Below are positions 1 to 9,245 of a stretch of DNA of 30,234 nucleotides, piece after piece. Position 1 is the stretch's first letter. Each line of letters starts with the position of its first letter. Below the pieces are notes generated by a model. The model did not search any database. It was given only the letters and a program-made list of their open reading frames with translations, and was not told where the DNA came from. A program made the position numbers and the translations under genes. The stretch comes from an uncultured Dehalococcoidales bacterium (GTDB lineage Bacteria > Chloroflexota > Dehalococcoidia > GIF9 > AB-539-J10): the NCBI GenBank assembly GCA_964452475.1, contig CAYVML010000001.1, positions 1 to 30,234 of the forward strand, read 5' to 3'.

Positions 1-262
1 CCAGGACAGCTCCAAACTTCGTAGCCTGTTTACTGAAACGGGCCAAAGCCCCATCTAAAAGATCAAAAAGTCCTGACAGCAAAACAAGCCCCCCACCAAT
101 GAAAAAGTGGCCAGTAGCGATTACATAGGCTGTCCCAATAGCCACTGCTAAACCAACAAGTGTAAGCGCATTAGGCGATATCCCACTCCTACTCAAAATG
201 CCAATAAAAGGATACGTGAGGCGATAATCTAAATACTTTCGAATCCTTATTAAGCTTATCAT
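1..262 (-). CDS. CDP-alcohol phosphatidyltransferase, phosphatidylinositol-phosphate synthase-like; only the 5' part is in the window
   Basis: Not in the ORF track. Manual translation from ATG at 262 gives MISLIRIRKYLDYRLTYPFIGILSRSGISPNALTLVGLAVAIGTAYVIATGHFFIGGGLVLLSGLFDLLDGALARFSKQATKFGAVL. It contains the ISPNxLT and DxxDGxxAR...G family motifs and stays open to the window edge. Lies downstream of ino1. Confidence 0.9.
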   Translation of the reverse strand, partial: MISLIRIRKYLDYRLTYPFIGILSRSGISPNALTLVGLAVAIGTAYVIATGHFFIGGGLVLLSGLFDLLDGALARFSKQATKFGAVL

Positions 263-479
263 TCCTATATTTAAATTTGCTTCTGTTGCCTTAACTATTC
301 TTTCCAAGAAAAAACTGTTATCCCTCTAGTTGTAACTAAACATCACCAACAGCCAACCTCGCACTTACTCTTGGTATGATAACTGATATCATTGCACTGT
401 AGCCACAAATAGAACCATTACTTCCTCTGCAAGGTACAGTGTTCAGTTCATTCGGCTGATATTGCGATGAGCGGAAGAT

Positions 480-1604
480 TTACTCTTTGGTTTCAACAAT
501 TTGTGTCTCGGGTAAGGTGATGATCCCTTTCTGAGTCTCTCCTATGATAAAGCGTTCAGTCTCGGAATGAGCTTCACTGTCAGAATATTGAATCGGTGGA
601 GATTTCATAAAGTATGATGAAGGCCCCACGATGGCCCCACTTAAACCCCGATCCAGCGCTAACTTACAACATCTTATTGCGTCAATAACAACTCCAGCGG
701 AATTAGGGCTATCCCATACTTCCATTTTCAACTCTAGATTTAAAGGAACATCTCCAAAAGTCCGACCTTCCATTTTTATGTAACAGAATTTTCTGTCATC
801 CAACCACGGCACATAGTCGCTCGGGCCAACATAAATATTATTGGAGCCCATGTCGTAGTCTAATTGAGAGGTAACAGAATTTGTTTTAGAGATTTTTTTA
901 GATTCCAGCCGTTCTCTCTCCAGCATATTGTAGAAGTCAGTATTGCCACCAAAGTTTAGCTGATAGGTTCGCTCAAGTCTCACTCCTCGATCACGGAAAA
1001 GCCTCGTTAACACTCGATGGGTGATGGTAGCTCCAACCTGCGACTTAATATCATCACCGATAACAGGTAAGCCATACTCGGCAAATCGCTTTTGCCAATA
1101 AGCCTCACGGGCAGTGAATACCGGGATACAATTGACAAGGCCACAACCAGCAGTCAATACCTGTTCTATATACCATTTGGTTGCTTCTTCACTGCCTACA
1201 GGAAGATAGTTAAGTACAACATCCGTTTGGGTTTCCTTCAGGATTTTTACTATATCAGCAGTCGGGCCTGGTGCCTTGGTGATTATCTTAGAAAGGTATT
1301 TGCCCAACCCATCATGTGTCATTCCTCGCTCAACTTTTACTCCTGTTTTCGGTACATCACAAAACTTAAAGGTATTGTTAGGTGCAGTATAGATAGCCTT
1401 AGATAGATCCTTGCCTACCTTATTTTTATCAATGTCAAAAGCAGCTACAAAATTGATGTCGGCTATGTGGTAGCCTCCAAGATTGACATGCATCAGACCA
1501 GGCACAAACTCATCTTCACTTGCATTTTTATAGTAATTTACTCCTTGAACCAGTGACGAGGCACAATTACCAACACCTATGATAGCTACATTTATGGTCC
1601 CCAT
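480..1604 (-). CDS. ino1: myo-inositol-1-phosphate synthase
   Basis: N-terminal NAD-binding [34 protein letters not shown] and WDSPNSAG motifs of the bacterial/archaeal MIPS family. SD AGGAGG upstream. Confidence 0.95.
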   Translation of the reverse strand: MGTINVAIIGVGNCASSLVQGVNYYKNASEDEFVPGLMHVNLGGYHIADINFVAAFDIDKNKVGKDLSKAIYTAPNNTFKFCDVPKTGVKVERGMTHDGLGKYLSKIITKAPGPTADIVKILKETQTDVVLNYLPVGSEEATKWYIEQVLTAGCGLVNCIPVFTAREAYWQKRFAEYGLPVIGDDIKSQVGATITHRVLTRLFRDRGVRLERTYQLNFGGNTDFYNMLERERLESKKISKTNSVTSQLDYDMGSNNIYVGPSDYVPWLDDRKFCYIKMEGRTFGDVPLNLELKMEVWDSPNSAGVVIDAIRCCKLALDRGLSGAIVGPSSYFMKSPPIQYSDSEAHSETERFIIGETQKGIITLPETQIVETKE

Positions 1605-1669
1605 TCGTTATTTTCCTCCTTACCGTTTAGTGCTTATAGTTATTTCCAAGTTTTTAGTCGAACGTGTGT

Positions 1670-1697
1670 ATTATATGCTCATACTCAGCAATGTCAA
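1670..1697 (-). promoter_or_regulatory. Consensus sigma70 promoter for ino1 (TTGACA-N16-TATAAT)
   Basis: On the minus strand, TTGACA at 1697-1692 (overlapping the rbfA stop codon), a 16-nt spacer, then TATAAT at 1675-1670. Confidence 0.75.
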
Positions 1698-2077
1698 TAC
1701 TCTGGTTTCACTCCCGACAACGGTTTTGAGCTGTTGCTGCTACTGACTTGATCAAGTACTTTCAATACCTTGGCTCCTTGTTCAATTGAATCATCATAAT
1801 AAAAGCTGAGTTGAGGAATAGATCTCAATCTAATACAAGAAGCCAATTTTCTGCGAAGGAAGTTAGCAGCAGTAGTAAATCCTTCTATTACTTTTGTCTT
1901 GCTGCTTTCATTGCCTAAAATACTCACGAAAATCTTGGCATGTCTGAGGTCAGGAGAAATCTCTACCCGTGTTACTGAGATAATACTGCTTAACCTTGGG
2001 TCGTTAACCTCACGCTCAAGTAATCGGCTAAGCTCCCGTTTAAATATTTCGTTTAATCGGTCAGTGCGTCTGGACAT
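1694..2077 (-). CDS. rbfA: 30S ribosome-binding factor A
   Basis: MSRRTDRLNE...VNDPRL...VTRVEISPDLRHAKIFVS...LRSIPQLSFYYDDSIEQG. Located after infB. Confidence 0.95.
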   Translation of the reverse strand: MSRRTDRLNEIFKRELSRLLEREVNDPRLSSIISVTRVEISPDLRHAKIFVSILGNESSKTKVIEGFTTAANFLRRKLASCIRLRSIPQLSFYYDDSIEQGAKVLKVLDQVSSSNSSKPLSGVKPEY

Positions 2078-2129
2078 ATGTATTCTTTAGTACTCAAGAA
2101 TTTTTTAGCGGCATAAGACAAGAGAGTGA

Positions 2130-3926
2130 CTAGCTTACTCTTTCCTCCCTGTAGAATTCTATGATGTCGCCCACCTGCATATCATAGAAATTATCTATTC
2201 CTATACCACATTCAAAACCAGCAAGAACCTCAGTAACAACTTCTTTAAAGCGCTTCAAGCTGGAAATGCTGGATTCGACAACCAATTTATTTTGCCTCAT
2301 TAGTTTGACTTTGGAATTTCGCCGTACTTTGCCCTCATTGATATATGCTCCTGCTATCTTCTTCTGCTTGCCTAAATCAAATACAGCTCGGATCTCAGCT
2401 CGCCCTTCAAACACATCAGCATACGTCGGCTCTAACATCCCTTTAATCGCACTTCCCACATCTTCTTCCAATCTATAGATGATATCGTAATGACGAATAG
2501 CTACTTTCTCTACTTCAGCTAACCGTTGTGCTCCAGGTGTAGGATTTGTATTAAATCCAATGACAATACCCTTTGATGCTGAAGCAAGCAATATATCATT
2601 TTCCGTAATACTACCACTGGCTGCATGTATCACATTGGTTTTCACTTCCTCCGTACTCAATTGCTCTATAGATTCCTTTATAGGTTCAATACTGCCGTTA
2701 ACATCGGTTCTCAGTACTATGTTGAGTTCTTTTATTTCCCCTTTACTTATCTGGCTGGAAATAGCACTCAGGCTCGACATGGCATCAGCAAACTGATTTT
2801 CCTGCTTACTCGCCATGTTACGTGCCTGGCGTTCACTTGTAGCTACACTAAAGCTATCACCTGCTCTTGGCACGCCATTTATCCCGAGGATTTCGATAGG
2901 AGTTGATGGTCCCGCCTTATTGACTGGCTTTCCTTTGTCATTGAACATAGCCCTGACTTTACCCCAAACAGTACCAGCCACCACTATATTCCCGTGTCGC
3001 AAAGTGCCATTCTGAACAAGAAGGGTAGCCAAGGCTCCCTTAGACTTATCAAGCTTAGCTTCAATAACAACTCCTCTTGCAGTGCCATAAGGATCAGCCT
3101 TTAACTCCGATATATCTGCGACTAAGAATAAGTTCTCCAGCAGGTCTGATATCCCTCTACCTTGTTTAGCAGATATAGGAACACAGACAACATCTCCTCC
3201 CCATTCTTCAATAACTAATCCTGCGTCGGCGAGCTGTTGTTTGATACGATCAGGGTTTGCATTGGCTTTATCAATTTTATTGATAGCAACTACTATTTGT
3301 ACTTTAGCAGCTTTGGCGTGATCTATGGCTTCCAGTGTTTGAGGCATAATGCCATCATCCGCAGCAACTACCAGTACTACTATATCCGTTGCCTGTGCCC
3401 CACGAGCTCTCATAGCAGTAAACGCCTCATGTCCAGGGGTATCCAGAAAAGTAATCTTCCTGCCGGTTACAACTGTTTGATATGCCCCAATATGTTGAGT
3501 AATCGCCCCTGCTTCTTGTGCTATCACGTTGGTTTTTCTGATGGCATCAAGTAGAGTTGTTTTCCCATGATCAACGTGCCCCATTACAGTAACCACTGGT
3601 GGTCTATGTTGTAATTTTGCCCCTGTCTTTTCAGAAGCCGCGGTCTCTACCTTGCGTTCTTGCTTAGGTTGAGCAATATAGCCGAAGTCCGTAGCAATTA
3701 GAGCTGCCGTATTAAAATCGACGGCCTGATTGATACTTAGCATAATGCCTCTTCGCATGAGCTGCTTAATAGCATTCACCGGTTCAATTTTCAATACTCC
3801 AGCCAACAGTTTGACGGTAATTATAGAAGGGATTTCAACCTGAGGTAAGGCTGGGTTTTTTGCTTTCATTACCTTCTTACGCTTGGGCTTCGTTACCTTT
3901 TCTACTACTGTATTGCTCAAAATCAT
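2130..3926 (-). CDS. infB: Translation initiation factor IF-2 (short form)
   Basis: [31 protein letters not shown] and [11 protein letters not shown] motifs. Start overlaps the ylxR stop (TAATG). Confidence 0.98.
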   Translation of the reverse strand: MILSNTVVEKVTKPKRKKVMKAKNPALPQVEIPSIITVKLLAGVLKIEPVNAIKQLMRRGIMLSINQAVDFNTAALIATDFGYIAQPKQERKVETAASEKTGAKLQHRPPVVTVMGHVDHGKTTLLDAIRKTNVIAQEAGAITQHIGAYQTVVTGRKITFLDTPGHEAFTAMRARGAQATDIVVLVVAADDGIMPQTLEAIDHAKAAKVQIVVAINKIDKANANPDRIKQQLADAGLVIEEWGGDVVCVPISAKQGRGISDLLENLFLVADISELKADPYGTARGVVIEAKLDKSKGALATLLVQNGTLRHGNIVVAGTVWGKVRAMFNDKGKPVNKAGPSTPIEILGINGVPRAGDSFSVATSERQARNMASKQENQFADAMSSLSAISSQISKGEIKELNIVLRTDVNGSIEPIKESIEQLSTEEVKTNVIHAASGSITENDILLASASKGIVIGFNTNPTPGAQRLAEVEKVAIRHYDIIYRLEEDVGSAIKGMLEPTYADVFEGRAEIRAVFDLGKQKKIAGAYINEGKVRRNSKVKLMRQNKLVVESSISSLKRFKEVVTEVLAGFECGIGIDNFYDMQVGDIIEFYREERVS

Positions 3927-4207
3927 TATTCCTTTGGCAGTTTATTGCTAAAGTCTATCAAAGCCTGCCGATTATAGCTACTAAGTTTTACCCGTAAGCT
4001 GTTCTCAAGACGATTTTCCCTTATCCCTATTTCCCAACAATTCCTTTTTGGACAGAGATAAGCACCTCTGCCAGACATTTTTTGTGAGCTATTTACTCTT
4101 ACATTTCCATCATGTTCTAGTACTAAATGGATCAAGTCTCCTTTATTTTTTCTCTGGCGGCAGCCAACACAAGAACGCTGCGGTATATGTTTATTCTCCA
4201 ACGTCAA
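3926..4207 (-). CDS. ylxR: YlxR/RnpM (DUF448) RNA-binding protein
   Basis: HIPQRSCVGCR...SGRGAYLC motif, between nusA and infB. Exact start (TTG) uncertain. Confidence 0.9.
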   Translation of the reverse strand: MTLENKHIPQRSCVGCRQRKNKGDLIHLVLEHDGNVRVNSSQKMSGRGAYLCPKRNCWEIGIRENRLENSLRVKLSSYNRQALIDFSNKLPKE

Positions 4208-5636
4208 TGTTTTCTATATGCTCCTTCTGTTTTTTACGCCCCTTTCCTTTAGCCTTACCTTTTGACACCGCTTTCTTTTTAGACTTCTCTGTTAGCTGTC
4301 TATCTGGCATGATATCTTCAGCAAAACGAAGTACTGGAGTACCCTCCTTTGGAACTATAGGAGTTGCCTTCGGCGATTGAAATTCCTCTCTGGTTAGCAG
4401 CGTTCCTATATCCTCTTCTTCTTCTTCACTGGCAAGCTCTATTTCCTGTAATTCACCCTCTCCTCCAATGCTTGGTACTGGTACTTTTTCCAGGTCTCCT
4501 ATCTGGATATCAGCCGCTGGCTCTTCTTTATCTTGTTTCTCTTCTACAGCCATCAGCACTTTTGCAGAATCCAGCAAACTTGCTTTTTCCGCTTCAGCCG
4601 CAGAAGCGCTCTTGATATCAATCCGCCAACCTGTTAATTTTGCTGCCAGTCTGGCATTTTGTCCTTCTTTACCTATAGCCAGGGAAAGCTGTCTGTCAGG
4701 AACCACTACAGTAGCCGTGTTTTGCTCTCCATCAAGTTCAATACTTAACACTTGTGCCGGACTGATAGCATTGGAGATGAATATTTTAGAGTCACTGTGC
4801 CATTGGATTATATCTATTTTTTCCCCATTCAATTCGCTGATAATGCTCTGTAGCCGTATGCCTCGAGTACCAAGGCAACATCCAACAGGGTCTATTCCTT
4901 CTTGATGGCTTACTACAGCAATTTTACTTCTATGCCCAGCTTCGCGTGCTATGGCTTTCAGTTCTACGATGCCGCTATTAACTTCTGGAATTTCCGTTTC
5001 GAAAAGACGACGTAGCAAGTTGGGATGCGAACGAGATACTATTATTTGAGGACCTCTGACTCCTTGATGCATCTCCAACAGGTAAAACTTCAATTGTTGC
5101 CCCGGACGATAACGCTCACTTGTTACCTGTTCATTTGCTGGAAGTATTGCTTCCGCCTTCCCCAGGCTGACAGTTATTTGTTTAGGTTGGATGAAATGAA
5201 TTGCTCCACTGATGATTTCATTTTCCTTAGCGGTGTATTGTTCATATATCGCGTGATGTTCTGCCTCTCTTAACCGCTGTAAGACCACCTGCCTAGCCGT
5301 TTGGGCAGCTATTCGACCAGCGTTTTCTGGTGTAGATTCTATCGCCACTACATCACCAACCTGATAACTATCTCGTAGACGTTGAGCTTCAGTTAGTGAT
5401 ATCTCTGTGAGCTTATTTGTAACCGATTCAGTTACAATTTTATTCACATAAACCCTAACACCAACACCAGTAGAGTTAATCTTGACTCTGATGTCCTGTT
5501 CAGGGGAGAAGACTCCTTTTTTGTAAGCAGAAACAAGTGCTGCCTCTAAGATAGATAACACTACTTCTTTGGGCAGATTCCTCTCAGATGAGAGTTGTGT
5601 TACAGCTGCCATAAATTCCGATTTCATTTTTCCCAT
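4191..5636 (-). CDS. nusA: Transcription termination/antitermination factor NusA with a long acidic-then-basic C-terminal tail
   Basis: FGRIAAQTAKQV-like AGRIAAQTARQV, S1 and KH domains (AREAGHRSKIAV, IGKEGQNARLAAKLTGWRIDI). The true start may be the in-frame ATG at 5627 (MKSEF). Confidence 0.97.
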   Translation of the reverse strand: MGKMKSEFMAAVTQLSSERNLPKEVVLSILEAALVSAYKKGVFSPEQDIRVKINSTGVGVRVYVNKIVTESVTNKLTEISLTEAQRLRDSYQVGDVVAIESTPENAGRIAAQTARQVVLQRLREAEHHAIYEQYTAKENEIISGAIHFIQPKQITVSLGKAEAILPANEQVTSERYRPGQQLKFYLLEMHQGVRGPQIIVSRSHPNLLRRLFETEIPEVNSGIVELKAIAREAGHRSKIAVVSHQEGIDPVGCCLGTRGIRLQSIISELNGEKIDIIQWHSDSKIFISNAISPAQVLSIELDGEQNTATVVVPDRQLSLAIGKEGQNARLAAKLTGWRIDIKSASAAEAEKASLLDSAKVLMAVEEKQDKEEPAADIQIGDLEKVPVPSIGGEGELQEIELASEEEEEDIGTLLTREEFQSPKATPIVPKEGTPVLRFAEDIMPDRQLTEKSKKKAVSKGKAKGKGRKKQKEHIENIDVGE

Positions 5637-5647
5637 ACATGATAATT

Positions 5648-5670
5648 AAAAAGTGGGCTTTTACCCACTT
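5648..5670 (-). terminator. Terminator-like hairpin in the nusA 5' leader
   Basis: Minus strand AAGUGGGU-AAAA-GCCCACUU followed by UUU (8-bp stem with one U-G pair), ending about 12 nt before the nusA ATG at 5636. Confidence 0.55.
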
Positions 5671-5699
5671 AATCAGGTACAATATTTCTTTCCACAATT

Positions 5700-5728
5700 A
5701 ATCTAACATGACTGACTGAAAAATGCAA
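5700..5728 (-). promoter_or_regulatory. Putative nusA operon promoter (TTGCAT-N17-TAGATT with extended -10 TG)
   Basis: Minus strand TTGCAT at 5728-5723, 17-nt spacer ending in TGT, TAGATT at 5705-5700. Confidence 0.5.
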
Positions 5729-5730
5729 AG

Positions 5731-6174
5731 ATGAAGGCACTAATTCAAAGAGTTACCAGCGCATCTGTAGGCATAGATAGCAAAGTAGTAGGGCAGATCG
5801 GGCGTGGAATGGTGGTTTTTATTGGAGTTGGGCGAGATGACTCAGAAGCTGATGTCCGCTACCTGGCTGATAAAATTATTGGATTACGGATTTTTCCTCA
5901 TGGAAACAGTGAATTTGATATCTCAGTGTCTGATATAAATGGTGATATCCTGATAATTAGTCAATTTACACTTATGGCTAATCTCCGAAAAGGAAGGCGC
6001 CCTAGCTTTGCTGAAGCTGCGCAACCTGAAAAGGCACAGCTATTATATGACACCTTTGTAGATCAAATTCGCTCTACAGGGCTTAAGACGGAAACAGGGA
6101 TTTTCCAAGAACACATGTTAGTAAAAATCAATAATGATGGTCCCTTTACTTTGTGGGTGGATAGTAAGAAATAA
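5731..6174 (+). CDS. dtd: D-aminoacyl-tRNA deacylase
   Basis: MKALIQRV, ISQFTL, KGRRPSF and NDGPFT (Gly-Pro) motifs. Confidence 0.97.
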   Translation: MKALIQRVTSASVGIDSKVVGQIGRGMVVFIGVGRDDSEADVRYLADKIIGLRIFPHGNSEFDISVSDINGDILIISQFTLMANLRKGRRPSFAEAAQPEKAQLLYDTFVDQIRSTGLKTETGIFQEHMLVKINNDGPFTLWVDSKK

Positions 6175-6176
6175 TA

Positions 6177-6216
6177 AGCAATTAATTGCATAAGCAACTT
6201 GTTGCAATTTATTACA
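6177..6216. promoter_or_regulatory. Three palindromic WGCAAY-N2-RTTRCA sites overlapping the putative fur promoter
   Basis: AGCAAT-TA-ATTGCA (6177-6190), AGCAAC-TT-GTTGCA (6193-6206) and TGCAAT-TT-ATTACA (6203-6216). Putative promoter TTGCAA(6202-6207)-N17-TACATT(6225-6230). Confidence 0.6.
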
Positions 6217-6241
6217 ATGTCTGCTACATTCTCCCGTATAA

Positions 6242-6658
6242 ATGCTTTGTTATGAAATCCTGCATGAGAAAGGCTATCGACTAACTCCTCAACGCCTTTT
6301 AATCCTTAAAACCATTTACCATGCTGATAACCACATCAGTGCCGAGGAAATCTATAAACAACTGCATGCAAGATTTCCTTATTCCAACATATCAACCGTC
6401 TACCGCACTCTAGAATTACTAAGGGATTTACAATTAGTTACCGAAAGTAACCTCGGCGATGGATGTATTCGCTACCAGGCTGCCATAAAAGGGCATCACC
6501 ATCATTTGATTTGCCATATTTGTGGCAAAGTAATCGATGTGGATGAGTCTACTTTGGGGCCACTCAAGGACACTTTATTAAAAGATTATGGTTTCAAAGC
6601 TGATTTACGTCACCTGGTTATCTCCGGTGAATGTAAGGATTGCCGTCAACATAAATAA
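6242..6658 (+). CDS. Fur-family metal-responsive transcriptional repressor (Zur/Mur/Nur-like)
   Basis: GYRLTPQR, SAEEIY, ISTVYRTLELL, HHHHLICHICG and C-terminal CKDC motifs. Directly upstream of a metal ABC transporter. Confidence 0.93.
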   Translation: MLCYEILHEKGYRLTPQRLLILKTIYHADNHISAEEIYKQLHARFPYSNISTVYRTLELLRDLQLVTESNLGDGCIRYQAAIKGHHHHLICHICGKVIDVDESTLGPLKDTLLKDYGFKADLRHLVISGECKDCRQHK

Positions 6659-6673
6659 TTTTTTAACCCGTTC

Positions 6674-6687
6674 TGCAATAAATTGCA
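6674..6687. promoter_or_regulatory. Perfect palindrome TGCAAT-AA-ATTGCA upstream of the ABC transporter operon
   Basis: Same motif as the sites upstream of fur. A further TGCAAA half-site starts 16 nt later (6690). SD AAGGAGGAG precedes the ATG at 6719. Confidence 0.6.
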
Positions 6688-6718
6688 CATGCAAATAATA
6701 TACAATTAAGGAGGAGTC

Positions 6719-7564
6719 ATGTTAAAGAAATTTTTTATAACAATATCAATTGCTCTTGCTTTAGTTTTGCTTCTTGTCCCTATATCATGTAGCTCTCCAT
6801 CAGCGGAAGTAATGACAGGCAGTTCCCAAATAGCAAGTGCTATGCGAGATATTGTTGATGGAAAATTGGAGGTGACCACTGTCATCCCTCCAGGCATGTG
6901 CCCTGGGCACTACGATGTGAAGCCAGGCGACATTGAAGCGCTGTCAAACAGCAGTTTATTCATTATCCATAACTGGCAGCAAAAAATGGCAAATATAACC
7001 GGTCTTATAGACGCTACCAACAATCCTGATTTGCCCATCAGAGTTATAGATATAATAGATGCCCCCATGCTTCCCTCATACCAGATTGAGATGGTAGAGA
7101 AGATATCCCTGATTCTGTCTGAAATATATCCTAGGGACTCAGACTATTACCAGGAGAATGCCGCAAGTAGGAAGGAAGTCATTTCAGCTAAAGAAGTAGA
7201 ATTAAAAGACAGACTGAATAATGCCAATGTAAGCGGCGTAAAAGTGCTCTGTTCCGAAATGCAGGCGGAGTTCATAAGTTGGGCCGGATTTGATGTGGTA
7301 GCCAGCTATGGCCGTCCCGAAGAGTTGAGTGCAGGTGAAATGGAGCAACTATTAACTAAAGGCAAGCAAGCAGGCGTGCTTCTCGTCATCGATAATTTAC
7401 AGAGTGGCGGAACTGAAAACAGCGAGGGTATGGCACATGACACCGGTGCCATGCAGGTTGTCATATCTAACTTCCCCGGTGGTTTTGAAAATACTGAAAC
7501 ATGGGATAAAGCAGTCGATAAAAATATAGACCTGCTGCTGGAGGCTTTAGCTAAAGTAAGATAG
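6719..7564 (+). CDS. Metal ABC transporter substrate-binding lipoprotein (TroA/ZnuA-like)
   Basis: Signal peptide with lipobox-like VPISC, and VIPPGMCPGHYDVKPGD aligning to the DPHxYE motif. First gene of a binding protein-ATPase-permease operon. Confidence 0.85.
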   Translation: MLKKFFITISIALALVLLLVPISCSSPSAEVMTGSSQIASAMRDIVDGKLEVTTVIPPGMCPGHYDVKPGDIEALSNSSLFIIHNWQQKMANITGLIDATNNPDLPIRVIDIIDAPMLPSYQIEMVEKISLILSEIYPRDSDYYQENAASRKEVISAKEVELKDRLNNANVSGVKVLCSEMQAEFISWAGFDVVASYGRPEELSAGEMEQLLTKGKQAGVLLVIDNLQSGGTENSEGMAHDTGAMQVVISNFPGGFENTETWDKAVDKNIDLLLEALAKVR

Positions 7565-7568
7565 ACAG

Positions 7569-8345
7569 TTGAACAACGCCGTTATTGATATCAGAAATGC
7601 CGTTGTCTCATATCGTGAAGATGTAGCCCTGCAGGGTGTGTCCGTGGAAGTCAAGAAAGGGGAATTTATTGGCATTATCGGGCCGAACGGGGCTGGCAAA
7701 ACCACCTTACTTACGGTAATCAATGGCATGGGCAATTTGGTTAGCGGGCAGGCCAGGGTCCTGGGACTGCCGGTAAACCAGCGAAACGGCACTAAATTAA
7801 GAAGAAAAATAGGTTATGTGGCCCAGGCTGAGGATTTTGATCCCCGCTTACCCATCAATGTAAGGGAAACTGTAATGGCAGGTAGCTACGGACGTTTAGG
7901 TTTATTACATCGACCCAGCAAAGCTGACTGGGAGCGAGTTGAAAGAACCCTGGGCAAGGTAGGAATAGGTCACCTGTCTCAGCGTCCAATAGGGCACCTG
8001 TCAGGAGGAGAATATCAGAGGGCTGCTATCGCCAGGGCTTTAATCCAAGAACCTGAAATATTTCTTTTTGATGAACCTACTGCGGCTATAGATGAGAAGG
8101 CTCAATGGGAAATCTTAGATCTCATACAATTAATCCACAAGGAACGTAATATGACCACATTATTTGTTACCCATGACCTGAGGATATTACCTTCTACCTG
8201 CCAGCGGTTAATTCTAATGAAACAGGGCAAAATATGGAGACAGGGGAACACTGCTGCTATGCTTAAAAGAGATGTACTGAGCCAGCTATATGATGTCCCT
8301 ATCCCTGCTGCGGATAAAACATCTATAACGTCCTTCTATTTTTAG
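7569..8345 (+). CDS. Metal ABC transporter ATP-binding protein (ZnuC/MntB-like)
   Basis: Walker A GPNGAGKTT, signature LSGGEYQR, Walker B FLFDEPT, H-loop VTHD. TTG start. Confidence 0.93.
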   Translation: MNNAVIDIRNAVVSYREDVALQGVSVEVKKGEFIGIIGPNGAGKTTLLTVINGMGNLVSGQARVLGLPVNQRNGTKLRRKIGYVAQAEDFDPRLPINVRETVMAGSYGRLGLLHRPSKADWERVERTLGKVGIGHLSQRPIGHLSGGEYQRAAIARALIQEPEIFLFDEPTAAIDEKAQWEILDLIQLIHKERNMTTLFVTHDLRILPSTCQRLILMKQGKIWRQGNTAAMLKRDVLSQLYDVPIPAADKTSITSFYF

Positions 8346-8360
8346 CAAGGGAAAATTTCT

Positions 8361-9203
8361 ATGTTGCCATCTGTTTTTCAATATCAGTTTATGCAATATG
8401 CCATACTCGCTGGAATATGCGGGGGGGTAACCTGTTCTATAACCGGAGTCTTCGTGGTTACAATGCACCTCTCTTTCATAGGGGTGTGCATTGCGCATGC
8501 CGCCTTTGCCGGAGCCCTGCTCAGTATCTTAATAGGAATCAATCCACTAATAGGTGCACTGTTTTTCAGTCTTGCCTCAGCAGTTGCAATCGGCCCTATG
8601 GCTGACCGAGGTGAATTGAACCCTGACACATCGATTGGGATAGTCTTCTCATTGATGCTTGGATTATCCTTTCTATTTATAGGGATGATGCCGGGGTCAC
8701 GAACTGAGGCTCTAAATCTATTCTGGGGCAGCATCCTCACCGTTACGAGGCAAGATCTGGTCTTTCTTATCATTATAACCGGTGTATTGATTGTACTGGT
8801 GGTCGCCTTTTACAAGGAGATTCAAGCCGTGATTTGTCACAGGGCTGTTGCCATGGCAGTAGGCATTTCAGCTACTTTTATCTTTTATGCACTGTTGATA
8901 CTTACCGGTCTGACCGTTACAGCTTCAATGCGCAGTATCGGTGGATTGCTGGTCTACTCCCTCATCATTAATCCTGCGGCGGCGGCATATCAACTTACAT
9001 ACAACTTGCGGCGGATGTTTGTTATTGCTTCTGTATTTGGGGTCACTTCCTGCATGGCAGGACTGGCAAGTTCATACTTTTTCAATCTACCATCCGGTGC
9101 CGCTATTGTAATAACCTCATCTATCATATTCGGTATCTCAATGATATTTTCGCCAAAAAGAAAGACCAAAAAGAGGCAGCAAGCCATAACACATCAACTA
9201 TAA
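8361..9203 (+). CDS. Metal ABC transporter permease (ZnuB/ABC-3 family)
   Basis: Multiple TM segments, IAHAAFAG, LFWGSILTV, IGGLLV...PAAAA and NLPSGAAIV motifs. Confidence 0.93.
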   Translation: MLPSVFQYQFMQYAILAGICGGVTCSITGVFVVTMHLSFIGVCIAHAAFAGALLSILIGINPLIGALFFSLASAVAIGPMADRGELNPDTSIGIVFSLMLGLSFLFIGMMPGSRTEALNLFWGSILTVTRQDLVFLIIITGVLIVLVVAFYKEIQAVICHRAVAMAVGISATFIFYALLILTGLTVTASMRSIGGLLVYSLIINPAAAAYQLTYNLRRMFVIASVFGVTSCMAGLASSYFFNLPSGAAIVITSSIIFGISMIFSPKRKTKKRQQAITHQL

Positions 9204-9245
9204 ATAGTGTAGACAGGGAAGAGCTGAAAACGATACTATTTGCCG

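Noticed and set aside
336-392. 18-aa minus-strand micro-ORF MISVIIPRVSARLAVGDV resembling a GT2 glycosyltransferase N-terminus
   Set aside because: Similarity stops after 7 residues, there is no SD and no further GT2 sequence nearby. Probably chance.
1998-2012. GGGTCGTTAACCTCA, similar to a tRNA-Lys 5' end that could complement the fragment at 17401
   Set aside because: It lies on the antisense strand of the conserved rbfA coding sequence and no D-arm follows. Coincidence.
4048-5273. Several 80-145 aa plus-strand ORFs opposite nusA (and similar ORFs opposite infB, nadB, the AORs and UPF0182)
   Set aside because: Shadow ORFs antisense to well-conserved genes, with no recognisable motifs.
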